From NCBI GenBank assembly GCA_049511795.1, contig JBEKXS010000001.1, positions 90,001-122,000 on the forward strand: DNA of 32,000 bases. The letters are read 5' to 3'. The DNA is from Candidatus Saccharimonadota bacterium. GTDB taxonomy: Archaea; Nanobdellota; Nanobdellia; Pacearchaeales; GW2011-AR1. The notes beneath the pieces are model-generated. The model worked only from the letters and a program-made list of their open reading frames with translations, was not told the origin of the DNA and did not search any database. The position numbers and the translations under genes are program-made. Shown here one piece after another: positions 24,655 to 32,000 of the stretch (positions within the stretch are counted from its first letter, which is position 1; each line of letters starts with the position of its first letter).

Positions 24655-26361
24655 TTACTTAGGTCTAATTTTAGGCCTCATTACTGCTATTACACCTGCA
24701 ATAAGACCAATTGCAACTAGAATTATTATTATAATTCCTACAGGACTTCCCAATGCTCCGATTACTCCACCTGTTATTGGTGCTGGAGTATTAGTTGCAG
24801 CTCCTGTTATTGGAGCTCCACCGCCGGCTGCTGTTGTTGCAGGATTAGTTGTTGGTGTTGTTGCTACAGGTGCTGTTACATATGTTCCTCCATAAGCATT
24901 TCCACCGCCACCACCATTTGAAGGAGGAGGGGATGTTATTTGAGCATTACATAAATCTGAAGTTAAATAATCATTAGAACCTTGAGAAGTTAATTGTAAA
25001 AGAGTACAACTATTAGCAGCACTATTATACTCATAATAAGGTTTTGTCACATTCAAAATTACAGTTACTGTTTGTCCGCTGACTGTTCCTGTGTATGTGT
25101 ATGTTCCTGCTGGATAGTTGTCATCAATAACTAAAGATTTACTCCCTAATCCAAGAGCATACTGAAATCCATCAATTAAAGCATAATTTCCTGCACCATC
25201 AGAAGTCAAGTAGAAGAAGGGTGAAGTTCCTATAATCTCATTGCCAATTTGAGTTTGCATAGCTGGAATCCAACCTGATTTAGCTGCAAAGTAATTTGTT
25301 AAGGTTGTTTGCTGTGTGCTGTTAGCTGCTAGAGAAAATGCGTATTTATTATTTGGTAATGGACCATTGGTAACTATTACATTACTAACATTTAATGTGT
25401 AGCAAGCATTAGTACCATTATTCGTTCCACTGCAAGAACCAGAATCAGTTGTTGCAAGAGTGGCTCCAGAAAGAGTACCAATTGATACGGCGTTGCTGGT
25501 AATAGTTGCGGATGTTAATATTGGTGTTGGTACTGTTGGTGAGTTTACAATTCCACCAGTTCCAGTGAATGTAACAGCAGTCTGAGACAGAGCCATTCCA
25601 TTTAGTGTTGCACCATTCAAATTAATATAGGTTGATGGTCCTGCTAATATTACTCCCTCAAAAACTGAAGTACTCTGAAGTTCAGCATATGCACCTGCAA
25701 CAGTCCAGAATATGTTTTGAGACTGACAAGCTCCAGTTAATGTAATCTGAGTATTGCTTCCTACAGTGAGGTCACCTGCTATTTGGAAGATAAATGTATC
25801 AGAAGAATCTGGACAATAAAGTGTAACACCCTTCACATCCCCATTAGCAATATTGTGAGGATTACCAGCATTTATTAATAGTCCATTTGACCATTTGTAA
25901 AGACCAGGTGTTAATGTCATCCCACTAATATCTCCAGCTCCTAATTCAGTAGCGGTAGGAGTTCCCTCACCTGTACCTGATGCTGTATTATAAGCAGTTT
26001 GCATATCACCTGCTGCATTAGTTACTAGAGCAGGAGTTGCACCTCCACCTGCTATTCCTGTATAATCATATGCATACATCTTTTCAGACACTAAAGATGA
26101 TGTCGCAAAGTTAAGTGAAGAATCCATTGTTTGGCTAAACCCTGTAAAAGCAGTACTAGTGACTCCTTGACCTAATCCAATATTTCCAACAATTGAAGTG
26201 ATTCCAGCAGCTGAAATACCTGTATCTGCAAAAACAGCAAAATTACCTGATGCTCCAAGACTAGGTAGTGCTGGACCAGCTGCTGTAACAGAAAATGCAG
26301 ATAAAAGAATTGCTACAGAGAGCAATGCGAAAATTAAAAACTTTGATTTATTATTTGTCAT
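24655..26361 (-). CDS. surface protein: signal/anchor + DUF3494 (ice-binding-like beta-solenoid) + extra domain + P/T/G linker + C-terminal TM anchor
   Basis: 568 aa: LGASGNFAVFADTGISAAGITSIVGNIG, TATELGAGDISGMTLTPGLYKW, FIFQIAGDLTVG, NIFWTVAG, GMALSQTAVTF. The C-terminus is GIIIIILVAIGLIAGVIAVMRPKIRPK. Confidence 0.8.
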   Translation of the reverse strand: MTNNKSKFLIFALLSVAILLSAFSVTAAGPALPSLGASGNFAVFADTGISAAGITSIVGNIGLGQGVTSTAFTGFSQTMDSSLNFATSSLVSEKMYAYDYTGIAGGGATPALVTNAAGDMQTAYNTASGTGEGTPTATELGAGDISGMTLTPGLYKWSNGLLINAGNPHNIANGDVKGVTLYCPDSSDTFIFQIAGDLTVGSNTQITLTGACQSQNIFWTVAGAYAELQSTSVFEGVILAGPSTYINLNGATLNGMALSQTAVTFTGTGGIVNSPTVPTPILTSATITSNAVSIGTLSGATLATTDSGSCSGTNNGTNACYTLNVSNVIVTNGPLPNNKYAFSLAANSTQQTTLTNYFAAKSGWIPAMQTQIGNEIIGTSPFFYLTSDGAGNYALIDGFQYALGLGSKSLVIDDNYPAGTYTYTGTVSGQTVTVILNVTKPYYEYNSAANSCTLLQLTSQGSNDYLTSDLCNAQITSPPPSNGGGGGNAYGGTYVTAPVATTPTTNPATTAAGGGAPITGAATNTPAPITGGVIGALGSPVGIIIIILVAIGLIAGVIAVMRPKIRPK

Positions 26362-26394
26362 TTTGTTTTTTTGATTAAATTAAAGAGAATAAGG

Positions 26395-26437
26395 GAGTAT
26401 ATATGCTGGCGCGGTAGCCATACATAATTGTTGTATA
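26395..26437 (-). promoter_or_regulatory. conserved intergenic motif, copy A (TATA-like element plus GC-rich box plus distal box)
   Basis: GAGTATATATGCTGGCGCGGTAGCCATACATAATTGTTGTATA, 39/42 identical to 31152-31193. Lies 33 nt upstream of the 568-aa gene ATG. Confidence 0.65.
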
Positions 26438-26480
26438 TGCTAGTACTTCTCTTTGTATAAAAAATAAAGAATAAGAAATC

Positions 26481-27440
26481 TTAGTTTGATATTGTTACAG
26501 CGTTGTATTGCAATGTAACAGCTGTTTGTGCCAATGCTCTACCATTCAGTATTGCGCCAGTGTTTAGTGCAATATTTGTTTGATCTAAAATATTCCCTTG
26601 GAAGTTAGATGTTGTTCCAAGTGTTGTTGTTCCAGCAACCTGCCAGAAAATGTTCTTTGGTCGGCAACTACCACTTAAAGCAATCATTGCGCCATTACCT
26701 ACAGTAAGAGTTTGTGCTATTTGGAAAATAAAGACAGCATTCGTATTGCCTCCACAGTTAAGAGTAACACCAGTTGGTATTGTCAATCCAGTACTCCATT
26801 TGTATAGTCCAGGTGTTAGTGTCATCCCATCAATATTTCCAGCTCCAAGTTCAGTAGCAGTAGGGTTTGTCCTTCCAGCTGCGTCAGTATATGCTGTTTG
26901 CATATCGCTTATAGCTGTACCTATATTAATAGGAGTAGGGGGTGAATAATCTGATGCATATACTTTTCCAGTAACTAAAGATGATGTTGAAAATGTATTA
27001 GAAGAATCCATTGTTAATCCAAATCCAGTAATAGCAGTTGAGGTGATTGGACTAACTCCAATGTTTCCAGTGATTGAAGTTGTTCCAGTTGTTGATATTC
27101 CTGTTTTTGCTAATATAACAAAATTACCTGCTGTTCCAAGATTTACTGCTGCAGGACCTGATGCACCAGTTGTTGCGTTACCTGAAGTTCCTCCAGACGA
27201 ACCAGAACTTCCTCCGCTACTTCCACCACTACTTGTTCCTCCAGAAGTCCCACCTGATGTTCCGCCAGAACTTGTTCCTCCTGAATTTCCAGTAGTTCCA
27301 GTTCCTCCTGTTGAAGGAGTTCCTGTTGTAGGAGTACCTGTTGAAACAGAAGGTGTACTATAATTTGAATATATTAAATAACCTAAAACTATAACTACTA
27401 CAATCAAAATAACCCAGCCCCATAAACCTCTTTTATTCAT
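26481..27440 (-). CDS. secreted/anchored DUF3494 (ice-binding-like) protein with a G/S/T-rich stalk
   Basis: 319 aa: LGTAGNFVILAKTGISTTGTTSITGNIGVSP..ITGF, TATELGAGNIDGMTLTPGLYKW, AVFIFQIAQTLTVG, NIFWQVAGTTTLGT, GRALAQTAVTL. This is the canonical DUF3494 pattern. Confidence 0.85.
   Translation of the reverse strand: MNKRGLWGWVILIVVVIVLGYLIYSNYSTPSVSTGTPTTGTPSTGGTGTTGNSGGTSSGGTSGGTSGGTSSGGSSGGSSGSSGGTSGNATTGASGPAAVNLGTAGNFVILAKTGISTTGTTSITGNIGVSPITSTAITGFGLTMDSSNTFSTSSLVTGKVYASDYSPPTPINIGTAISDMQTAYTDAAGRTNPTATELGAGNIDGMTLTPGLYKWSTGLTIPTGVTLNCGGNTNAVFIFQIAQTLTVGNGAMIALSGSCRPKNIFWQVAGTTTLGTTSNFQGNILDQTNIALNTGAILNGRALAQTAVTLQYNAVTISN
27156..27359 (-). repeat. low-complexity coding repeat, (G-G-T/S-S)n stalk of the 319-aa protein
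   Basis: Residues ~28-95: STPSVSTGTPTTGTPSTGGTGTTGNSGGTSSGGTSGGTSGGTSSGGSSGGSSGSSGGTSGNATTGASG. Confidence 0.8.
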
Positions 27441-27491
27441 ATTATTTATTAATAAATTTTTATATTTAAATACTTTTTGTTGTATATCTTA

Positions 27492-28664
27492 TTACTTCTC
27501 TTTTATCATTCTTTGCTTTAAAGAAGTGAATACTTTGCTGATTATGGGTACTGTTATTTTTGGTTTTTCAGGTTTATGAAATTTCTCTATTTTATCGTGC
27601 CTTTGTTTAAAGGTTTCAAAATAGGTTAAGAGTAATGGTAATAATATAGGTCCGATGAATATTCCAGGAACCCCAAACATGGTGGCTCCGCCTATGACAC
27701 CTATGATTACAACTATTTGACTTACCTTGGTTTTTGTTTTTGAATGCACTATCTTCGCAAGTAGAATACTATCAATGGTACCTATTATAACAAGGCAGTA
27801 GAAGAATAGTCCTATTCCTCTATACATGAGCCCATAATCATGAGAAAGATAACCACTTATAACCATAAATAGCGAGATAGGTACCCATAAAATTGCTGTT
27901 CCAATAGTTGGAATCAAAGCAGCGAAAGCCATCACAAGTCCTAAGATTATCGGAAGAGGAACACCAAATATGTAAAATCCTATAGTTCCTAAGACTCCCT
28001 GGACGAATGCAACAAATAATTGTGCATAAACTACTGTATGGGTTATATCTCCGAATTCCGTGATAAGTCTTTTTGTTGTCTTTTTTCTCATTGGGAGTAT
28101 ATTCTCTATTTTTTTTAATATATTCTCCCAGTCTTTTAGGATAAAGAATGACATAACTAATGCAAGAATAATTTCTGCGATTATGATAGGTATAGTAAGA
28201 ATAAAGGTTGCTATTTTTTCCTCCAAAATAGGAAGTAGTTTCTGCAGTTGCGTGTTAAATCCAAATGCTGACAATCGGTCTAAGCTAAATTTTTCTATGT
28301 GGTTAATAACAGAACATAATGTTGAGTTTGCACTAGTGCATCCGATACCAAAGAGTTGTCCCTTCGCAATATTATTTGATAATGAACTGTAAAGAGCAGA
28401 TCCTTGCTGTGTAACTTCGAATGCTAAGAAAGCGAATGGAATTAATACAATAATTACAATAATGAACAGAGATAAAATAATTGAAAGAGATTTATAGGGT
28501 ATCTTTTTATTTATTTTAGTATACAGAGGAAAAGCAATATAAGAGAGAATTGTGCTGCTTAAAAGAATAGTTATCATAGGCCTGACAAGGAAGAATAACA
28601 GAATTAATGCCAGCACAAACATTATGAACGGGACTACTTTTTGATACTGGTTTTGGATTGCCAT
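27492..28664 (-). CDS. AI-2E family (PerM/UPF0118) membrane transporter
   Basis: 390 aa, ~8 TM helices. Central loop and the conserved LVMAFAALIPTIGTAILWVPISL / IIGVIGGATMFGVPGIFIGP segments are typical of PF01594. Confidence 0.78.
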   Translation of the reverse strand: MAIQNQYQKVVPFIMFVLALILLFFLVRPMITILLSSTILSYIAFPLYTKINKKIPYKSLSIILSLFIIVIIVLIPFAFLAFEVTQQGSALYSSLSNNIAKGQLFGIGCTSANSTLCSVINHIEKFSLDRLSAFGFNTQLQKLLPILEEKIATFILTIPIIIAEIILALVMSFFILKDWENILKKIENILPMRKKTTKRLITEFGDITHTVVYAQLFVAFVQGVLGTIGFYIFGVPLPIILGLVMAFAALIPTIGTAILWVPISLFMVISGYLSHDYGLMYRGIGLFFYCLVIIGTIDSILLAKIVHSKTKTKVSQIVVIIGVIGGATMFGVPGIFIGPILLPLLLTYFETFKQRHDKIEKFHKPEKPKITVPIISKVFTSLKQRMIKEK

Positions 28665-28685
28665 TGTGTAAATGGTAACGAGAAT

Positions 28686-29171
28686 TTACCTTGCCTGGGT
28701 TTCACCAGGAGATGCTAAAATTGAGTCTCCTTTATTTTCTGAGTCCCCTTCTGAAAATCTATAGTGCCTTGTTATTTTTATTTTGGCAGTATCTTCAATA
28801 ACGTCCCCTGATTTGTCAGGCAGTAAGCTCATATTGTTAATATCTATTCCCTGAATTTCTATCTCAACTTTTCTGACGCTTGAGTGGTTTGGTGTTAAAA
28901 CAATTGTTTTGTGGTCGGGTCCCCATTTTTTCTCGAATGTTCCTGAAGTGTAATTAAATTTAGACAAAGGTATGTTTGGAATATCTGAGATATTGGCTTT
29001 GAGATATATTATGTAGTCTCCGTAGGTCATTATAGGTATTGTACCTTTCCCTTCTGCCTCACTGGCTTTTTCAAAGGCTTCTGCATTCTTCCTATGTATA
29101 TAGTACAAGCTGTCTTTTTCATTTATGCAGTTTGTTATTTCATCTATTTTGTCTTCTTTTGTCTGTTCCAT
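28686..29171 (-). CDS. hypothetical soluble protein (161 aa)
   Basis: ORF only. Its ATG shares one base with the stop of the upstream 30-aa mini-ORF (TAATG). Confidence 0.55.
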   Translation of the reverse strand: MEQTKEDKIDEITNCINEKDSLYYIHRKNAEAFEKASEAEGKGTIPIMTYGDYIIYLKANISDIPNIPLSKFNYTSGTFEKKWGPDHKTIVLTPNHSSVRKVEIEIQGIDINNMSLLPDKSGDVIEDTAKIKITRHYRFSEGDSENKGDSILASPGETQAR

Positions 29172-29263
29172 TATATTACTCCGAAATATTTAAGCAAAAC
29201 AAATCCACCGATTAATGCAAGTATGAAAAATATTACGCCTCCAACAGATCCTTGTTTGTTCAT
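29171..29263 (-). CDS. possible 30-aa single-TM mini-protein (not in the ORF track)
   Basis: Hand translation: MNKQGSVGGVIFFILALIGGFVLLKYFGVI. Its N-terminus MNKQGSVG parallels MNKQGTVG of the DUF1328 protein at 30133-30330. Tightly packed between two ORFs. Confidence 0.35.
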   Translation of the reverse strand: MNKQGSVGGVIFFILALIGGFVLLKYFGVI

Positions 29264-29264
29264 T

Positions 29265-29558
29265 TTATTTTTTAAATAAGTCATTTTTTTTATTTCTACC
29301 AACCAAATAATAAATTATTGCTGTTATTATGCTAAAAAATATGGCTAATACAACCCAAAGAACTTTCATTCCGTCAGATAGTCTCTTGTTATTTACAAGT
29401 ACATCATAAATAACCCATATTGCTGCTATAACTGCTATAATCATAAATAACAGACCAAATCCATATCCACCCATCATTCCAAATCCGAAGCCTCCAAATA
29501 ATAGTAAAACTAAAACAACTATTAATATAATCATTAAAGTTTTATTTTCGTTTTTCAT
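29265..29558 (-). CDS. small membrane protein with a PLDc_N-like (PLD nuclease N-terminal) TM domain
   Basis: 97 aa: IWVIYDVL.....S...KVLWVVLAIFFSIITAIIYYLVGR. This matches my recollection of the PF13396 pattern. Confidence 0.6.
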   Translation of the reverse strand: MKNENKTLMIILIVVLVLLLFGGFGFGMMGGYGFGLLFMIIAVIAAIWVIYDVLVNNKRLSDGMKVLWVVLAIFFSIITAIIYYLVGRNKKNDLFKK

Positions 29559-29568
29559 TTTTTATTGT

Positions 29569-29688
29569 TTAAGTCCTCATTATATTTCTTCCAGCGGGCC
29601 TGTTTTTTACATGACCTTTTCCGCCCTTTCCCTTTCTAGCTCTTGCCTTTGCTGCCTTCATTCTTCCGCCTCTGCTTTTTTTTGCCAT
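29569..29688 (-). CDS. possible 39-aa highly basic peptide (not in the ORF track)
   Basis: Hand translation: MAKKSRGGRMKAAKARARKGKGGKGHVKNRPAGRNIMRT. Sits in an otherwise empty 183-nt gap on the same strand as its neighbours. Confidence 0.25.
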   Translation of the reverse strand: MAKKSRGGRMKAAKARARKGKGGKGHVKNRPAGRNIMRT

Positions 29689-29741
29689 TTTTTGTTTTTT
29701 ACTCCTGTTTAATTTTTAGATTATGATTATTTAATTTATAA

Positions 29742-30077
29742 TTACCTTGTTCTTGTTGTTGTAGTTGTTACTGAAGTTCCACTCGGCAATGCTGCTCTTC
29801 TTGATCTTCTCCGTGTTGAACGCCTATGATATGCAGTTCTTCCTCTTGGTCCTCTAGGTCCTTGGACTACTCTTGTTGGACCGGAACTTGCTAAACCAAT
29901 AACTAATAATAGGAAACCAATAATTGCAGATGCATATGCCCATCCTACAGGAATAGTTACATTAGCAGATGAACTATTTGAATTTACACCGGCTTGAATA
30001 TTCTGGAAAGGTACAAAATAGAACAATCCTCCAAGAACTAGAAAAATTACTCCAAATATAATCAGGCTTGCTTTCAT
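29742..30077 (-). CDS. two-TM membrane protein with an Arg-rich C-terminal tail
   Basis: 111 aa. Two hydrophobic helices, then GPRGPRGRTAYHRRSTRRRSRR. Confidence 0.55.
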   Translation of the reverse strand: MKASLIIFGVIFLVLGGLFYFVPFQNIQAGVNSNSSSANVTIPVGWAYASAIIGFLLLVIGLASSGPTRVVQGPRGPRGRTAYHRRSTRRRSRRAALPSGTSVTTTTTRTR

Positions 30078-30132
30078 TTTGTTCTCCTTTCTTGTTTTTT
30101 CATTTTATTTAAAATTATGAAGTGTGATATTT

Positions 30133-30330
30133 CTAAGCTGCTTTTATTGTATGAGCTATTACCGAAATTATGAACAGTATTACAAAAATTATTGCTAGCC
30201 ACTTTGCTATTGTTAATGAAACTCCTGAAATAAGCCCGAATCCAAATATTGCAGAGACTATTGCTATAATTAAGAATATAACTGCCCAAGCCAACCAACC
30301 AACTGTTCCTTGTTTGTTCATTTTATTCAT
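30133..30330 (-). CDS. DUF1328/UPF0391 (YtjA-like) small membrane protein
   Basis: 65 aa: WAVIFLIIAIVSAIFGFGLISGVSLTIAKWLAIIFVILFIISVI fits the family pattern. Confidence 0.72.
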   Translation of the reverse strand: MNKMNKQGTVGWLAWAVIFLIIAIVSAIFGFGLISGVSLTIAKWLAIIFVILFIISVIAHTIKAA

Positions 30331-30441
30331 TTTTTATACTTTATGTTAAATCTGTTATGATATATATAGTCGCGCTGTATGAACCCATACTCTTAATCTG
30401 AATGTTAAGTTCTAAAAAATAATTATAATTAAAAAAATTAA

Positions 30442-30816
30442 TTAAAACTTTTCATCACCGCAAAAATATAATCTTTCATTTATTATTTTATTATCTTTCC
30501 AGTGCTGAACATTTACCCTGTGAATTATTTTCTCTTTTTTATTTTTATCTTCAATGTTTATAGCCCATTCTGTCATTGAAATATTATCATCAACTCCCCC
30601 AAAAGTAACAGATTTTATTTCAGCGCTGTTTAATTTTTCTATTTCCTTAAGAAATATGGTTTCTCTCTTTCTGTTATTTTCTTTTCCGTTTATGGGAAGA
30701 TTTCCATTTACCTGTGTAATTACTTCATCTCCGTAATATTTTTCAAATGCTTCCAAAAGCTTGCCGTCCCTAATTAAAGCATTCAATTTTTCTACGTTAT
30801 TTTTTAGTTTTATCAT
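30442..30816 (-). CDS. SnoaL/NTF2-like fold protein
   Basis: 124 aa: LIRDGKLLEAFEKYYGDEV..., V.V.HWKDNKIINERLYF. This is the typical SnoaL-like layout; a weak call. Confidence 0.5.
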   Translation of the reverse strand: MIKLKNNVEKLNALIRDGKLLEAFEKYYGDEVITQVNGNLPINGKENNRKRETIFLKEIEKLNSAEIKSVTFGGVDDNISMTEWAINIEDKNKKEKIIHRVNVQHWKDNKIINERLYFCGDEKF

Positions 30817-30837
30817 TTTCTTGGATAAAAATATTTT

Positions 30838-31113
30838 TTAGGTGAAAATAAAAAGGGCTTCAACTGCCAAAACAATCAGCAGTCCTAAAACTACGACTAA
30901 GACCATATTCGTATTTCTGTCTTTCACTTCTCTTCTATTGTCGGTTATATCATCATTTCTTAATCTGTTCTCTCCCATAGTTCTATCTGCTTTGGATCTT
31001 CTTTCTGCAGTTAATTCGTCATTTCTAAATCGACTATCTTTCATTGTCTTGTCTGCCGTTTCTCTTTTGTCCGTAGTTACCACATCATTCTTCATTCTTT
31101 GCGTATTTGTCAT
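30838..31113 (-). CDS. tail-anchored protein with 22-aa charged tandem repeats
   Basis: 91 aa: ADKTMKDSRFRNDELT / ADRTMGENRLRNDDIT repeats and a C-terminal TM MVLVVVLGLLIVLAVEALFIF. GGAGG lies 10 nt upstream of the ATG, and conserved motif copy B lies upstream. Confidence 0.55.
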   Translation of the reverse strand: MTNTQRMKNDVVTTDKRETADKTMKDSRFRNDELTAERRSKADRTMGENRLRNDDITDNRREVKDRNTNMVLVVVLGLLIVLAVEALFIFT

Positions 31114-31151
31114 TTTTTTCTTTCCTCCATTGCATTATATCATAATCAAAA

Positions 31152-31193
31152 GAGTATATATGCTGGCGCTGTAGCAAGACATAATTGTTGTAT
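31152..31193 (-). promoter_or_regulatory. conserved intergenic motif, copy B
   Basis: GAGTATATATGCTGGCGCTGTAGCAAGACATAATTGTTGTAT, 38 nt upstream of the 91-aa gene ATG. Confidence 0.65.
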
Positions 31194-31219
31194 GAGAAAA
31201 TACTTTATCGTGTAAAAAT

Positions 31220-31996
31220 TTATACTACTTTTTTAGAATAATCCCAAAGAATGCCATAAAAATCAAGATATTCTTTTGCAATAACATCATTTTCTATTAC
31301 AATTGTATAAATAGGATCAATCCAAAGAGTGATATAAACAGAGCCATTGCAGACTACATGGGTTATTTGGGAAGTTTTAGCCTGCTGAGTTTTAGGTAAA
31401 AGCCTTGCTTCTGTAAATTTTAAGTTGCTGAGCGTTTTAACTTCTTCATGAGGAAGCTTATAAAAAAGAAGTTTAAGCTCAATATGATTTTTTATTCTTT
31501 CAAGATGGAAAGAATTCATTAATCTATCATTAAGAACATTGATTATGCTCTCATTTTCTGCAAGACCATAAATCCAGATATCTGATTTTTTTTCCAAGAG
31601 ACCGAATAAAATGCTTTTTACGGCATTTAATCCTTCTAAAGTATAAACTTTGGGCGTATGACCAGACACAAAAGTTGTTTTTATGAATTCCATTGCTGTT
31701 TTTAGATTTTCCAATTTATCTTTTTCTTCATTAATAATCAAGTCTGTTGCTAAAGCGGCAAATACCTGCTTTCCTTCTTTGTTGGACAAATAAACCAGAT
31801 TTCTTTCCTTAAGCTTTGTTAAGGTGTCATATACATTAGCCCTATGCATGCCTGTTCTTTTTGAAATCTGTGTTGCAGTAGATTCCTTGTTTTTTAGCAA
31901 ATCAAGGTAAACAGTAGTCTGCATTTTAGGGATGCCTACTGATTCAAAAGCTTTCAAGATATGTTCGTCTACCATTTTATTTTTAAGTGTTTTCAC
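31220..31996 (-). CDS. trmB: TrmB-family transcriptional regulator
   Basis: 258 aa. N-terminal wHTH LKAFESVGIPKMQTTVYLDLLKNKESTATQISKRTGMHRANVYDTLTKLKERNLV plus a C-terminal effector-like domain. The first codon in the track appears to be a non-ATG start; Met8 (about 31975) is an alternative start. Confidence 0.78.
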   Translation of the reverse strand: MKTLKNKMVDEHILKAFESVGIPKMQTTVYLDLLKNKESTATQISKRTGMHRANVYDTLTKLKERNLVYLSNKEGKQVFAALATDLIINEEKDKLENLKTAMEFIKTTFVSGHTPKVYTLEGLNAVKSILFGLLEKKSDIWIYGLAENESIINVLNDRLMNSFHLERIKNHIELKLLFYKLPHEEVKTLSNLKFTEARLLPKTQQAKTSQITHVVCNGSVYITLWIDPIYTIVIENDVIAKEYLDFYGILWDYSKKVV

Positions 31997-32000
31997 TATA

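Noticed and set aside
26650-27363. Plus-strand ORFs of 99 aa and 106 aa. The latter is Pro/Val/Glu-rich (PEVPPDEPELPPLLPP...).
   Set aside because: They are antisense shadows of the G/S/T-rich and beta-solenoid coding sequence of the 319-aa DUF3494 gene. The minus-strand frame carries a full recognisable domain signature.
30074-30298. 74-aa minus-strand ORF overlapping the DUF1328 gene.
   Set aside because: It is in a different frame from the 65-aa ORF, which matches the DUF1328/UPF0391 pattern. The 74-aa product has no features and would overlap almost completely.
30842-31174. 110-aa plus-strand ORF, Ser/Leu-rich.
   Set aside because: It is antisense to the 91-aa minus-strand ORF. That ORF has a GGAGG box, the conserved upstream motif, the same orientation as all its neighbours, and an internal repeat + TM architecture. 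The call is made on context only, so residual uncertainty remains.
1-32000. CRISPR arrays, rRNA genes and additional tRNAs.
   Set aside because: I found no regularly spaced direct repeats of 24-40 nt, no rRNA-like GC-rich structured stretches, and no other cloverleaf candidates while reading the intergenic regions.

Overview
AT-rich archaeal chromosomal segment. The archaeal call rests on rpoH, an A'/A''-type RNA polymerase large subunit, aEF-2 with the diphthamide motif, and a KH-only NusA. A DPANN-like host is my inference from the small, divergent proteins. No database search was possible, so all family calls rest on motifs read from the ORF track or sequence.

(1) 486-6660, + strand: a compact dNTP/dTMP supply string of nrdR, class II RNR nrdJ, dCMP deaminase, a divergent thyA, folA and a thioredoxin. 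tRNA-Lys(UUU) follows at 6712-6786.

(2) 6850-13130: accessory segment with three orphan ORFs and then a 5,016-bp IS6-family transposon (7975-12990). The transposon has 24-bp terminal inverted repeats and a perfect 9-bp target-site duplication. It carries a transposase-N6A-methyltransferase operon plus three translationally coupled two-gene modules of unknown function, one of which includes an unannotated AbrB-like 52-aa ORF. This cargo is the best candidate for an undescribed R-M-like, defence or addiction system.

(3) 13131-24600, + strand: the conserved archaeal cluster rpoH-rpoB-rpoA-nusA-rps12-rps7-EF-2, with three oddities. An unknown 101-aa ORF is wedged between rpoB and rpoA. A' and A'' are fused into one 1163-aa ORF with a very short junction. 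Two mini membrane ORFs sit where rpl30e usually lies.

(4) 24655-31996, - strand: an envelope/stress-like block. It holds two tandem DUF3494 (ice-binding-like) surface proteins, an AI-2E family transporter, a run of tiny membrane proteins (DUF1328, PLDc_N-like and two unannotated mini-ORFs), a SnoaL-like protein, a repeat-containing tail-anchored protein and a TrmB-family regulator. A ~42-nt intergenic motif, 39/42 identical, precedes two of these genes.
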